Shown here: in pieces, positions 13,721-32,402 of the stretch
Position numbering within the stretch: position 1 is the first letter of the stretch
Layout: every line of letters starts with the position of its first letter
DNA from: the human T2T-CHM13v2.0 reference genome, Homo sapiens
DNA length: 64,000 nucleotides
Assembly (NCBI RefSeq): GCF_009914755.1
Contig: NC_060933.1
Reading direction: 5' to 3' (one strand)
Notes under the pieces: model-generated
The model's database searches: none
What the model was told of the DNA's origin: nothing
What the model saw: only the letters and a program-made list of their open reading frames with translations
Made by a program: the position numbers and the translations under genes

Positions 13721-16202
13721 TAGGCTCCAGCAAGATGCCCACCCCATTGGGCTCTCTTCCCCCAGCAAAGACACCCTGCTCCCAGTCCAGAGAGCTCCTG
13801 AGACTCCTCTGCTGGAAAGCATCGGCTTTGCTTGTGGCTTAAGGAGAACACAGCCCCCACACCCCCTTTCCATTCCCCAGCTGTCCCCAAGCAATACTCG
13901 GAAACCTTGACCTTAACCTTGGGGGATAAGGAAGGTTTTGCTGAAGACGCTTCCTTGCCTCATCTGTTCCCAGAAAATTCAGGGTTTGTCCGTCATCAGG
14001 CACTTATCATGGATGGAGAGGAAAAAAATGTTGAGCACTTGTTATGTCCCAAATACTATTTCCATCATATCATCTTGCACCAGCCCCATTCGGTGGAGTA
14101 AATTATTTGAAAGTTACAGCTGGAGAAATTGAAGTCACTCCACTAGTAAGAGCCAGGCATTGGACTCAATTCTGTCTAACGCCTTGTAGATCACTGGGAT
14201 TGCTCATTTCACCTGAAGGTGGGGATGCCTCTTGTTCCCCCAAATCCCTGAGGCCATGTTCCTACTCCGCATCTCGTGCTGTGAATCATGCTTAGCCAGG
14301 CCACGCTGTGGACACTTTGTGCGGGATTTTTAGAACGTATAGAAATAGTCACTAACGAGAGTCAGATGGTAGCAGGACTAAGGAGCAGGGAGAGGTGTTG
14401 TTTTGTGGTTTGCAACTTCTCTGAGCCAGCGTGTGTAGACTGGGTTTCCAAACTCAAGGGCTCCCCAGGTGGGAGAGAAGTGGAGGGGCGGCCCAGGGGT
14501 GGGGGATCCAGGAGACACAGGACCTTGTGTCCAGGCTCTCTGGGCACCACAACGACTCTCGACTGTGTGTGTTTGTGTGTGTTGGCTCCAGCCTGTTGAG
14601 AGACAACGGCAGGAGGCTTCATTGCCTCAGACACCGCTTAGTGTCCCTGAGCTACTGGCCCAGGCGGGAGAGGTCTGGGTGTCAGTGGTGCGGCCTCCTT
14701 TCTTGGAGAGGATCCAATTCAGGAGCAGCACTCACCTGGGATTGGGTCAGAACAGGGAGAAAGCCAGCAGGTCTGTGCCCCTCAATTCCATTTGCCAGCT
14801 GCCCCCTGGGTGTGAGGGGACCTCCTCTTCCTTGCAACATCAATAGGTTTATTTCAGGTGAGAAGTCAACACCACCTTCAGATATCAAGTCAATGTTCCC
14901 AAGAGTATGAAAGAATGCAAGATTCTGGCAAGTTAAAATATCTTAACATTGGATCAACAAAAGTCATTTGATTCCTGGCAATGGCAGTTTAGGTATTTGG
15001 GGGCATCCTATTAAGGACAAACAGACAAAACCTTTAAAAAGAGATTTGCTCGAAGGCACCGTCAAGCTAGCTATGTAGTAAAGGATTACTTTGCCAAGCT
15101 CTCAGGAGCCACAGAAATCTTAGAGAAGTGAAACTAGTAGTGGGGACCTCTTTTTGCACAGGGATTTGCCAATCTCCAAAAGAGAGGTGAGAAGTTGGGC
15201 AGTGATTTCACCATCTTGCAGAGCTGAAGGTCAAAGACTGGGGCCTACGGCCTGCCAAAGGTATGGGTTTGGGGTTGGCTTTCAGAAGGGCTGCACCCTA
15301 GCAATAGGATGAGTGAGCAACAACCAACATTCACAAGGGCTGCAAACTGGTTTTGAGACATCTAAGTGTCCCAGGAAAGGAATCTCAACTCCTGGAATTA
15401 TTGCTCATGCCCCCAGGCTCCTTGCTGAAAGAAACAAAAATCTTCTCTGAAGGAGAATGACATCATCCCAGGTCATTATTTCTGCAAAGTGTTTTATTTT
15501 TTTCAAATGAAATGTTAAAACACAATCAACGATAACCAGGCTCATGGGAATAAAAGACAATGTGTATAAGGACCAACAGAAACAACAGAATATAGAAAGA
15601 GGTCTTTGGAAGCTGTGGATACAGAAGTTACAACATAATTAACAGGAAAAATGGAAAACCATCCTCAGAGACTGAGAACAAATAAGGATGCTTGTCATCA
15701 CCACTGTGGTCAACATTGTATTGCATGTCACTGTCCAGTGCAGTAGGCAAGAGAACAAAACCATAAAAAGATTGGAAAGGCAGACACAAAGTTGTTATTT
15801 TCAGAAGACATGATTGAGGATGTAGAAAATTCTAGAGTTTCTACAGATAAACTAGCAGAATAAAAAGTTTAGCAAAAATCAATTGTGCTTCTAAAAACTA
15901 GCCTCAAAGAATTTAAAAATGAAATTTAAAAAATTTGCATCAGCAACACCAAATTCAAATAACTGTGAATAAGTCTAACAACATCCATGCTGGTCTTCTG
16001 TGTACAAAACTATCAAATAGGAACAGAAAGACCTAAAAGAAGATTAAAATAATTAGAAGGATATTCTATATGTGTGGATTAGAATACCAAATATAGGAAA
16101 AACATTCATCTTCTCTTAATTTATCTAAATATCCACTGTATTATCAATTAAACTACCATTTTCTGTGACAATTGACATGGTGAATTTAAAATTTATATAA
16201 AG

Positions 16203-16774
<572 letters not shown>

Positions 16775-17925
16775 TCATTATCAAGCGATAGTGATGGAGA
16801 CAGTGTGGGGCTGGCTTAGGCGTACACAGCAAACCTAGGGAAGTGAGTAGGGAGTGCAGAAGCAAATCCAGGCACATACGGACCCTAGATTTATGACATG
16901 GTGGCTCTAAAGAGCAATAGTGAAAGAATAAACTTTCAATGAGTGGCACAAACTACTGGAGAGTCATATGGAAAAACAAGAAGTTACACTTGACTTTTAT
17001 CAGATGAAAAAAAAATCCACATCAGGAGAAGGGTAGACCCAAATGTGAGAGGGAAAACAGCAGTTTTAGATCATATTATAAGATCTCCAATAGCCTTGCA
17101 GTTATTTTAAATAAGATGGAAAACCACAAACCATAAAGGACAAGTGGAAAAATTGATCATGAAAATAGTATTATTTCTTTTTCAAAATACACCACCGTGG
17201 GAGGGAAAAGACGAGCCAGGGTGAGGGAAGAGAGGTTTCAACACACAGAAGTGACAAAAGGCTTGTATCCAGAATAAAGGGTTTCTGTAAATCAACGATG
17301 TTGTAGAAAGTGGGAAAGTGACTTCAACAAACGCTTATAAAAGATAATATTTAATAGATGATGGAAGTATGAAAACATGCTCAACTTCATAACTAATCCA
17401 AGAAATGAAAACTTAAATCTCATGAGATGACTGCAGACACTAAAATTTTTCTAAACAGCCAACTCTGCAAGGTTTTGGTGAAGAAGTGTCAGAAACCTTG
17501 GTACAAGCACTTCGGAAAACTGGCAGTATTCCCAACAATTCCCTACGACCAGCATATTCCATAACCAGCGATGTTCAGCTCAGTTCTACTCAACAGAGAG
17601 GTGTGCCCAGCTGGAAAGAAGACACGTGTGAAAATGTCCAGCCCCACGCCGGAAACAACCCAAACGTCCATCCGCAGCAGAATGGGGCCGTCAGCTGAGG
17701 TTCGTTCATACTGGAGCATCCTGTAGACCCATAAAATGATCGGATTCCAGCTTCACGCAAAAGCTTTGTTGAAATCCGCAAGCACACGGAGCATCCAGGG
17801 CGCCAGCACTAAGGCATGCGAACTGTTCATTTGCATCTGTACAGAGTTTGAAAGTGGGCAAAACTGAACAGCAGTGTGAAGGAATGCATGCTCGGTGGCA
17901 ACGTGGAGAAAAAGGCCCAGACCAT

Positions 17926-17987
17926 GCCAGTGAGATGACCGCTCCCTTAGCAGGGGCCAGTGAGACGACCGCTCCCTTAGGAGGGGG
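17926..17987 (+). repeat. 30-bp tandem duplication
   Basis: gccagtgagaYgaccgctcccttagSaggg x2. Confidence 0.9.
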
Positions 17988-18810
17988 AGCCCTTAGGCCT
18001 GGAAGGGGCACGGGGGGCTGGAGATGGGTTTTGGCTTCATTGGGTGATGCAGGTTTAGTTTATGCACTCTGGTGAATGGGTGTTAAATTTCACTTAAAAG
18101 AGCAAGCTTAAATAAACTATTTAAGTAAAATAAATAGAACACATAAGGGTCACCATCGTCCTGTATTGCTCCCACCACAAGCTATAGCCCAGCTGTCTCT
18201 GGGAGGTTTGGGGATGTTGAATGCCTGCTGGTTCACTTCCCTGTTGCAGCTCAGGCTTCTGGGAGGTTGAGCAACCCCTAGCCTGGCTGTTGCTTCACGT
18301 GCTGGGTCTGCAGCCTGAGATGAGCCTTGGAAGGATACAGAGGGAGAGGCCAGCCAGTGAGGCTGGTCAGAGTGGGGCTGGTCAGAGTGGACAGAGGGAA
18401 TTCCTTCCCCCTGGACCATGCCCACCCCCGAGGGGTTCTGACCCCATGGGTCAGCAAGGCAGAAACTCTCACACTGTAAAATGCAACAGTTTATTATGAA
18501 GAGAAGAAGTGTGGCTGCAACCAAAAGAAAATATAATCTAGCAAAAAGCCTGGCTGCCCAAGCCCCAGGAAGGGTCCTTCTGGCAGATGACACAGGATCA
18601 GTCACAGGCTGCTGTGCGGATCATTGGGGATATGCCCTCACCGCACCCTGCCCCTCGAGATTACAACCAGGGCAGCCAGAGGGGTCCTGCTCCACTTCCT
18701 CCTGGAGTTAGTCATCCCCAGGACAGCCTCTGCGGCCTCCTCACCCCCAGGGTGTGCCATGTGGTACTTCCTCTCTGCTCTAGTGGACCTGGGGGTCCTT
18801 GCTGTTTCTG

Positions 18811-19110
18811 TTTTGTTTTTTTTTCCTGAGACAGAGTCTTGCTCTGTTGCCCAGGTTGGCGTGCAGTGGCGTGATCTCGGCTCACTGAAGCCTCTACTTC
18901 CCGGGTTCAAGCGATTCTCCTGCCTTAGCCTCCTGAGTAGCTGGGATTATAGGCACCTGCCACCACTCCCAGCTAATTTTTTGCATTTTTAGTAGAGACG
19001 AGGTTTTGCCATGTTGGCCAGGCTGGTCTCAAACTCCTGGCCTCAGGTGATCTGCCTGCCTCAGCCTCCCAAAGTGCTGGGATTACGGGCTTGAGCCACT
19101 GTGCCCGGGT
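18811..19110 (-). mobile_element. Alu
   Basis: Reverse Alu; TSD tccttgctRtttct at 18796-18809 and 19113-19126. Confidence 0.95.
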
Positions 19111-21991
19111 GTTCCTTGCTATTTCTGAAATCAAGAAACATCCTTATAACTGGTTTATGCTTGCCATAGGGGTGCCACACTGTGCTCACCTGTTGAAGCT
19201 CAGGTAATACAGCGACAATGCCACGGAATAAGAAGCCACCTGAGAGAGGGTGGGGCTCGCTGCACACCTGCTCTGGGTCCACACACCCCAGGAGCTGCAT
19301 GCAGATGACTGCACAGAGGAGCCCTCCCAGGCACGTTAGTTCAGGACTCCACGTATGCGGGAGGAATGGCAGAGACTCAAATGACACTCTCCAAATATCC
19401 CCAACAACTGTGGACAGGACAAAGTTGAGTTCCCGGCTCACCACAGTGAGGGACAGTGCCAGCTCAGAGTGCTACAGCAGTGCCTCAGATCAGGAAGGGA
19501 AGGAAAGGGAAGGTCCAGCTTCTTGAGAGCTCCAAGTCTGGTTTAGGGTGGATCTTCCAGAGGGCTGGGTCAGGGGATTTCGATGTAATAGTTTTGGGTG
19601 GGTGCACACAGTACAGCCAGTACCTTGAGATGAAGAGGGTTCAAGAGTCCTGGAGCATACACTCTGGATTCCTGTTGAAGAGTCAACGGGAAGAGTCTCT
19701 TGGTTGCAGAGATTAGTCCCACCATCAAGGACTTGAAAGACATAGGGGTGGTGTTTCCCACCACATCCCTGTTCAACTCTCCCATTTGGCCTGTACAGAA
19801 GACAAATGGATCTTGGAGAATGACAGTGGATGATCGTAAGCTTAACCAAATGGTGACTCCAATTGCAGCTGCTGTACCAGATGTGGTTTCACTGCTTGAA
19901 CAAATTAACACATCTCCTGGTACCTGGTATGCAGCCATTGATTTGGCAAATGCCTTTTTCTGCATTCCTGTCCATAAGGCCTACCAGAAGCAATTTGCCT
20001 TTAGCCTGCAAGGCCAGCAATATACCCTCACTGTCCTATCTCGGGGGTATATCAACTCTTCACCTTCGTGTCATAATCGTGTTTGCAGAGGTCTTCATCG
20101 TTTTTCCCTTCCACAAGGTATCACACTGGTCCATTACGTTGATGAGATTATGCTGATTGGATCCAGTGAGCAAGAAGTAGCAAACGCACTGGACTTATTG
20201 GTGAGACATTTGTGTGCTAGGGGGTAGGAAATAAATCTGAGTAAAATTCAGGGAACTTTTCCCTCGGTAAAATGTTTAGGGGTCCAGTGACGCAGGGCCT
20301 GTCGAAATATTCCTTCTAAGGTGAAGGATAAGTTGCTGCATTTGGCCCCTCGTACAGCGAAGAAAGAGGCACAACGCCTCGTGGGCCTATTTGGATTTCG
20401 GAGGCAACACATTCCTCATTTGGACATGTTACTCCAGCCCATTTATTGAGTGAACAGAAAGGCTGCTAGTTTTGACCTACATCCTGAACAGGATAAGGCT
20501 CTGCAACAGGTCCAGGCTGCTGTGAAAGCTGTTCTGCCACTTGGGCCATATGACCCAGCAGATCCAATGGAGCTTGAGGTGTCAGTGGCAGATAGGGATG
20601 CTGTTTGGAGCCTCTGGCAGGCCCCTATAGGTGAATCACAGTGGAGTTCTCTAGGATTTTTGAGCAAGGCCCTGCCATCTTCTGCAGATAACTACTCTCC
20701 TTGGGAAAGACAGCTCTTGACCTGTTACAGGGCTTTAATGGAAACTGAAAGTTTGACTATGGGTCATCAAGCCACCATGTGACCTGAACTGCATGTCATG
20801 AACTGGGTGCTTTTTGACCCATCTAGCCATAAAGTGGGTCACGTACAGCAGCATTCCATCACCAAATATCTACGTGATTGGGCTTGATCAAGTACTGAAG
20901 GCACATGTCAGTTATATGAGGAAGTGGCTCAAATGCCCATGGTCTCCACTCCTGCCACCCTCCCTTTTCTCCCCCATCCTGCACCGATGGCCTCATGGGG
21001 AGTTCCCTATGATCAGTTGACAGACAAAGAGAAGACCAGGTTCACAGATGGTTCTGCATGATATGCAGGCACCTCCCGAAAGTGGACAGCTGCCGCACTA
21101 CATCCCCTTTCTAGTACATCCCTGAAGGACAGCGGTGAAGGAAAATCTTCCCAGTGGGCAACTTCGAGCAGTGCACCTGGTTGTGCCCTTTGCATGGAAG
21201 GAGTAATGACCAGATGTGTGATTGTATACTGACTCATGGGCTGTAGCCAATGGTTTGGCTGGATGGTCAGGGACTTGGAAGAAGCATGATTGGAAAATTG
21301 GTGACAAAGAAATCTGGGGAAGAGGTATGTGGATGGACCTCTCTGAGTGGTCAAAAACTGTGAAGGTATTTGTATCCCATGTGAGTGCTCACCAATGGGT
21401 GATCTCAGCAGAGGAGGATTTTAATAATCAAGTGGATAGGATGACCTCTTCTGTGGACACCTCTCAGCCTCTTTCCCTAGCCACCCCTGTCATAGCCCAG
21501 TGGGCCCATGAACAAAGTGGCCATTATGGCAGGGATGGAGGTTACACATGGGCTGAGCAACATGAACTTCCACTCACCAAGGCTGATCTGGATATGGCCA
21601 CTGCCGAGTACCCAGTTTGCCAGCAGCAGAGACTAACACTGAACCCTTGATACGGCACCATTTCCCAGGGTGATCAGCTAGCTACTTGATGGCAGATTGA
21701 TTATATTGGACCTCTTCCATCATGGAAAGGGCAACCATTTGTCCTCGCTAGAATAGACACTTCAGATATGGGTTTGCCTATCCTGTACGCAGTGCTCTGC
21801 CAACACTACCATCCATAGACTCACGAAATGCCTTATCCACCATCATGGTATTCCACACAGCATTGCCTCTGACCAAGGCACTCACTTTACAGCTAAAGAA
21901 GTGTGGCAGTGGGCTCCTGCTCATGGAATTCACTGGTCTTACCATGTTCCCCATTGTCCTGAAGTAGTTGGATTGATAGAATGGTGAAATG

Positions 21992-22297
21992 GGCCAGGCG
22001 CGGTGGCTCACGCCTGTAATCTCAGCACTTTGGGAGGCCAAGGTGAGCGGATCGCCTGAGGTCAGGAGTTGGAGACCAGCCTGACCAATATGATGAAACC
22101 CTGTCTCTACTAAGAATACAAAAATTAGCCGGGCATGGTGGCATGCACCTGTAATCCCAGCTACTCAGGAGGCTGAGACAGGAGAATCGCTTGAACCCGG
22201 GAAGTAGAGATTGTGGTTAGCCAAGATTGCACCATTGCACTCCAGTCTGAGCAACAAGAGCAAAACTCCGTCTCAAAAAAAAAAAAAAAAAAAAAAA
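21992..22297 (+). mobile_element. Alu inserted in HERV-L integrase
   Basis: Perfect 14-bp TSD agaatggtgaaatg at 21978-21991 and 22298-22311. Confidence 0.96.
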
Positions 22298-22964
22298 AGA
22301 ATGGTGAAATGGCCTTTCGGAATCACAATTACAACGCCAGCTAGGTGACAATACTTTGCAAGCCTGGGGCAAAGTTCTCCAGGAGGCTGTGTATGCTCTG
22401 AACCTGCATCAAATATATGATACTATTTTCCCCATAGCCAGGATTCATGGCTCCAGGAATCAAGCAGTGGAAGTGGAAGTGGCACCACTCACCATCACCC
22501 CTAGTGACCCACTAGCAAAATGTTTGCTTTCTGTTCCCGCAACATTATGTTCTGCTGGCCTAGAGGTCTTAGTTCCAGAGGGAGGAACGCTGCCACCAGG
22601 AGACACCACAATGATTCCATTAAACTGGAAGTTAAGATTGCCATCTGGACACTTTGGGACAGGACCTCCTCCTGCCTCTAAGTCAACAGCCTAAGAAGGG
22701 AGTTACAGTGTTGGCTGGGGTGATTGACCCAGACCATCGAGATAAAGTCAGTCTACTGCTCCACAGCGGAGGTAAGGAAGAGTATGCATGGAGTACAGAT
22801 TTCTTAGGGTGTCTCCTCTGTGATTAAGGTCAATGGGACCTCCTGCCCTGTAATTAAGGTCAATGGGAAACTACAACAGCCCAGTCCAGGCAGGACTCCA
22901 GTTGGCCCAGACCCTTCAGGAATGAAGGATTGAGTCACTCCACCAGGTAAAAAACCATAACCCA

Positions 22965-23267
<303 letters not shown>

Positions 23268-23705
23268 AAGAACCACAACCCGCTGAGGTGCCTGCTGAAG
23301 GCAAAGGGAATACAGAACAGGTAGTAGAAGAAGGTAGTCATCAGTACCAGCTACAACCACGTGACTAGGTGCAGAAATGAGGACTGTAATTGTCATGAGT
23401 ATTTCCTCCTTATTTTATTAGGAATATGTTTGTGCATGTATACCCTTGTACTAAGAAAATATCTTCACTTTATTTCTTCTTTTTCCTTCTACCATGTGAC
23501 ATAAGATTTATTGACTTCATATCAACATTTAAGTGTTGTTAACTTTATATAATATCATTTAGGTTAAGGATTAGTGTGCTTCCAGTTGTACGAAGGACAG
23601 CTATATTATGTTAGGTGTAATTATGACTTTATTATTGTCTTTATTTGAAAATTACATATGATACCAGGAGAATGTGTATGGGTTCAAGTTGACAGGGGGT
23701 GGACT

Positions 23706-24247
23706 TGTGATGATTAATACTGAGTGTCAACTTGATTAGATTGAAGGATGCAAAGTATTGTTCCTGGGTGTTTCTGTGACGGAGTTGGTAGAGGAGAGTA
23801 ACGTTTGAGTCAGTGGACAGGGAGAGGCAGATTCACCCCCAATCTGGATGGACACCATCTAATCAGCTATGAGCGCGGCTAGAATAAAGCAGGCAGAAGA
23901 AGATGGAAGGACTAGACTTTCTGAGTCTTCCAGCCTTCATCTTTCTCCTGTGCTCGATGCTTCCTGCCCTCGAACATCAGACTCAAGTTCTTCAGTTTTT
24001 GGACTCTTGGACTTACACCAGTGGTTTGCCAGGGGCTCTCAGGCCTTTGGCCACAGACTGAAGGCTGCACTGTCGGCTTCCCTACTTTTGAGGTTTTGGG
24101 ACTCAGACTGGCTTCCTTGCTCCTCAACTTGCAGATGGCCTATGGTGGGACTTCACTTTGTTATCGCGTAAGTCAATTCTCCTAATCAATTCCCCTTCAT
24201 ATATACATCTATTAGTTCTGTCCCTCTAGGGAACCCTGACTAATACA
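23706..24247 (+). mobile_element. HERV-L 3' LTR (MLT2A2-like)
   Basis: TGTGATG...actgagtgtcaacttgatt...gaaccctgactaataCA; TG..CA ends, ~542 bp, directly after the PPT. Confidence 0.92.
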
Positions 24248-25041
24248 GGGTCTTTAGGGAGATTCCTGCAATGAGCAATGAAGTCCTTTGCAAGTTTCAT
24301 CTTCCTGAGCAAGAGTCTCAAGGAACACTAAAGTTCTGCTAATGCAGACCTTGGGGGTAGATGTCCAAGTTATGGCCTCAGCAGGTGAAGCAACATCACC
24401 AAAAGCCCAGCGGAGAGCCGTGGAGTCAGGAACCGACTTAGAGTGACACCTAGAGCCAGGTTCTCCTTAAAATGTGCCACCATTGCTGGTGGAGCTTTCC
24501 AGGACCCACCGGCCCCAGTGGGCACCTGAGAGCAGCAGCTGTGTCCCCTTCACCCACCCAGAGACCTGGCTCCTCCAGGCACCAGAGCTGCCACAGGGCA
24601 GTTGGCTCCCTCCGGAGTGGGGGTTGGAACCAGTGTCGAGCCCAGGCGTATCCCCTGGGCTGGGCTATCCCCGTCCCTCTGTTGGGACACGCCCCCTCAT
24701 TTTCTGCTTATCGTGTCTGGCTGGTGGTGGGAAGATGGACAGCTCGCCTGGCTGGACCCGGTGGGGCCCTCCACACATTACTCTTTAGGGTCCTGTGAGG
24801 AAGCAGAGGGCACCTTTGCTTGGCTGTGAGGACAGACTGTGCCTGCAGCCCTGCCGCTGGGGAGAGGTTCTCTGCCGAGTCAAACCAGAGCCCAGACCCC
24901 AGGAAAGGGACCAAGGGCTGCCTGCTCCACCTCTGTTTGGTTATTTCTTATTGGGGGGAAGAGGAATCCAGGACTTTCCTTGAGCAATGCCAGATGCGTC
25001 CACACCCATGGGCTTCCTCTCCTCAACCTCAGGACACACGG

Positions 25042-25121
25042 CCCTGCTTCCTCCTTGTGGCTAACTAGCCCCACTTCTGCCCCTGCTTCCTCCTTGTGGC
25101 TGACTAGCCCCATTCCTGCCC
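25042..25121 (+). repeat. 39-bp tandem duplication
   Basis: ccctgcttcctccttgtggctRactagcccca... x2. Confidence 0.9.
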
Positions 25122-26367
25122 TAGGTTCCTCATTCTTTTCTCCAGAGAGGCACGCTCTGTCACCATGTGCCGGCTCCAGGACAGGGGTTTTCGGAAGACC
25201 CATGGAATTATTCCATCCCCAACCCCTGGGCAGGGACCCAGCAGCTCACGGAGTTGACCCAGCCTGACCCCTCACTACCTCTTCCTCACCAATATCCCAC
25301 CTCGTCCAGTCCTCAGGACAGCCCAGGCCACCCCTGCCTCCTGACTCAGGCATCAGGCCCCAGCCTGGGAGCATGAGGTTTATTGAGCACCTGTTATCCC
25401 CCTGAGTGGGAGGCCTCCCAGCAGCCCCATGCCTGTGTGAGGAGCAGGGACTGTGGGTCCACACAGACCGGGGCTCTCCCCACCTGGGATGCGGGACCTT
25501 GGACCAGCTCCTGGCAGGCCATGCCAATAAGGGCAGGTGAGAGCTGCAGCCCCTTCTGCTGAGAGGGAGAGACAGCCCTGCTGAGAGTTGGGACAGTCAT
25601 GCCAAGAGCAGGGAGTAGTGGTGCTGAGTTTGGGGGACAGTCATGCTGAGTTGAGGGAGAGTCGTACTGCACAGAGCAGTCTTCTCCCTCCCCTCTCCCC
25701 GTGTCCCTAGGTCCAAGCAATGGTTTCTCTTGGCCTTCCTCCCCTTTGCTCCATCTCCCAGACAAATGGCCATAGTCCTCCCAAGGGTTCTTCCAGCAAA
25801 GGGAGCCACCTGGATGGAATGCCAGTCCTCCTCGGGTCTCCAGGGAAGAGTGGGTAGATTTGCTTTCCCCACCTCCTGGTAGGTGTGCTTGGGGGGAATG
25901 CTGCTGCAGAGAGCAGGGTGCGAGGATGTTCTGGGGCTCTGCAAACACCAGCGGACACCAGAGAAGCCAAAAATCCAACCTCGAAAGGCCTGGGGCCGGG
26001 GTAGGCACCATTATCCACCAGTGCCGCGTCCCCACAGACTCCTTTCTCTCCCTCTCCCTTTATCCCACACTCCTTCTCTTTCCCTGCCTCTCCTCCATGC
26101 CTAAACAACACTTTCTTGTGTTTAGTGCATAGCTTTTTATTTTAACCATGTTCTTTCAAAATGAATCTGTGTGTGTGTATTTTTAACTTAGGTAAATGGC
26201 ATCTGTGGCACCTGGCTCTGAACATTACTTCCTCCACCGAATTTGCATCATGCACGTGTGACTTTTACCATCACCCATCCTGGTGCATCTGCATTCAGCC
26301 CGACGCTTTCCACAGCCGTGCCACACTCCCCGGGCTGCACCTACTGGGTGACCCAGGTGGCCTGTAA

Positions 26368-26863
<496 letters not shown>

Positions 26864-27174
26864 CGGTGCTGGTTTCTACATTTTCCCACCGACTCTTTGC
26901 ACGCTCCTGCTTCCTGAGTGTGCCCGGGATTTGGAACATCTTGCTGGTGCTCATGAGCTTCACAGTGGACAACGTAACTGCTGCCCGAGTAAACTGCTCC
27001 TTCCTAGCTTTCTCTGCGGGAACTGCTGCCTTTCACTGCTCATGCCTTAGCTCTAGACATCGACCTTTGTGGGCTTCAGACATTGCAAATCTCTTCTTCC
27101 TTTCTATCAGCTCTCCGTGGACTTTGCCCCCTACAGTTTTTTGAGCTAGTAATTTTGGCTTCTAAAGTTTTCTT

Positions 27175-27602
<428 letters not shown>

Positions 27603-29359
27603 GTTTTCTTTAAGAAGGCTTTTGCAGCCCTTAAGCCCTAAAGATACTCTGCAGTCTTTTGGCTTTCTGATTTTCTACTTTTCCAATCTGGCCCTTTAAT
27701 CCATGGAGTCCTCCCGTGTCTGTGACCCACAGGTGTAGAAATTCATTGCTGACCTCTATCTGCTAAGCAAACATCAACCAGACCACATGCTCCTTCCCCA
27801 TTGGATTTGCAGTGTTGCCTTTGGGATTTAAGTTCCCACTTGGGTCAATGTTGGCCATGTCTCTGGGCTCTTGGTTCTAGGCCGTTGCTCTTCTTGCCAG
27901 TGCCACGTGGCATTTATTGCTGCGTCTTTGCAGGGCATCTTCCTATCTCACAAGACAAGCCCACGCCCTTTGCCCTTCTTTTCTAATGTTGAGCTAGCCA
28001 TCTGAGGACCTTAACTCCTCCATCACTGCTGAGCTCCACAAGCACTCTTGATTGCGATTGCGTTGAATTTGTGGGTTCGTCTGGAGACACTCGGCATTGT
28101 CCTGACATCAGGCCGCTGCTTCTGAGAGTGTGGAGCGCGCAGAGCCCTGCCCGTCTTCAGACTGTCTTCCACATCTTGTATCAGAGTGGACATTTTTGGT
28201 TGATTCCTAGATACTTAATGAATTCTGTTCCTGTGGTGAATGGCATCTTTTTCAGAATTATATTTTCTAATTGGCATTGCTGGGGAAAAGAAATGGTTTG
28301 GACTTCTGTAGGCCCAATATGTCTAGCAGAAATAGGCCATGTATCTGTCAGTCCTACTGGTGTTTTTCTACATAGATCATTTGATTAGGAAGAAGTCAAT
28401 GACTCACTAAAAACGAAGCCCAGAAAAACTAGTTCTCCATTGTCTAGAGTGGTAAGAACTCATTCTTTACACACGTGCACGAACGCACACATGAGTGCAC
28501 ACACACACACACACACACACAACCTGGTCTGTCTTCTCCCCTGCAGAGCCCCATGGGTCCTGCTTGGTGTTATGTCTCGTGCTCCATTCACAGCACACCA
28601 GGGACACAGGTAGCAGAGCTCAAGCCTGCTTGAACAAACAGGCCAGGTATTCATAGAGTTCTGGTAGCAAGGGAGTAAATTCTGCCCGATTTCTTTCCTC
28701 CAGCCTCAGAGGTGTCTTCTTCCTCTTCCTGGAGTGACTGGGGGGTGGCTACCAAGTTTGAAAGGCAAAAGCCGACCCAGCAGACCCAGTTCCCTGCCCC
28801 TGGTAGCCTCTCCAGAGGGCACCTGATGGCAGGCCCCTCTGGAGGATGGGTGCCTCCTGCCAGATAAACTCCCTGACTCCAGATAGTCCAGGCTGCAGTG
28901 CCCAGTGGCAGCCCAGGCCAGGGAAAGGGTGGGCGAGAAGCCAGGGCTCCAGTACAGCTTTGAGCAAGCTCTGCAACAGGACGGACTCCAACCATTGAGA
29001 CCAGATGACCTTTCAGAGCCTTCTCTGCTGAAGCTGACTCTCCTCTCCACCCCCTGACCCCCCACCCTGCCCCGCTGGCTCCGTCTTCCAATTCCAGGAG
29101 TCACTGTCGCCGTCAGCTGGTGACCCTGCCACTACTCAGGCCTCATGGCCAGGCAAGGGTCCCCCGGCTCTTGTGTCAGGATCTCCTTTGCAGTAAGAGA
29201 TCCTAACATCTGTAGAGAATGGGTTCAGCAAAAGGCACACCTGCCAACAGGGTGGTTTGTTCCAGTGCTCAAGGCAAAGCCGACCAATAACATGCTTAGG
29301 ACGTGGGAATGTGAGATGGGGCAGCTGTGGTAGAAACAGGCTGGCAGCTCCTCCAACAG

Positions 29360-32278
<2,919 letters not shown>

Positions 32279-32308
32279 ATGGGTGAAGACAATGACCAGG
32301 GTGCAGGC

Positions 32309-32402
32309 AGGCTGACCATCCCATCGGTTTGCCTGGAACTGTCCTAGTATTAGCAATGACAGTCCCATGTCCCCAGGGCAAACCAGGGTGGTTGGTCACT
32401 GA
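32309..32402. mobile_element. MER94-like hAT MITE
   Basis: aggctgaccatcc...ggtttgcctgg...ccagggcaaacc...gttggtcac with terminal inverted repeats. Confidence 0.7.

Noticed and set aside
19700-22694. HERV-L pol ORFs as a functional or domesticated gene
   Set aside because: Fragmented by stops, frameshifts and Alu insertion; RT catalytic motif altered to YVDE
20220-22935. APOBEC3 hypermutation, suggested by several Trp-to-stop changes in HERV-L
   Set aside because: Contexts are mixed (several not GG/GA) and other Trp codons changed by non-G>A substitutions; fits ordinary decay
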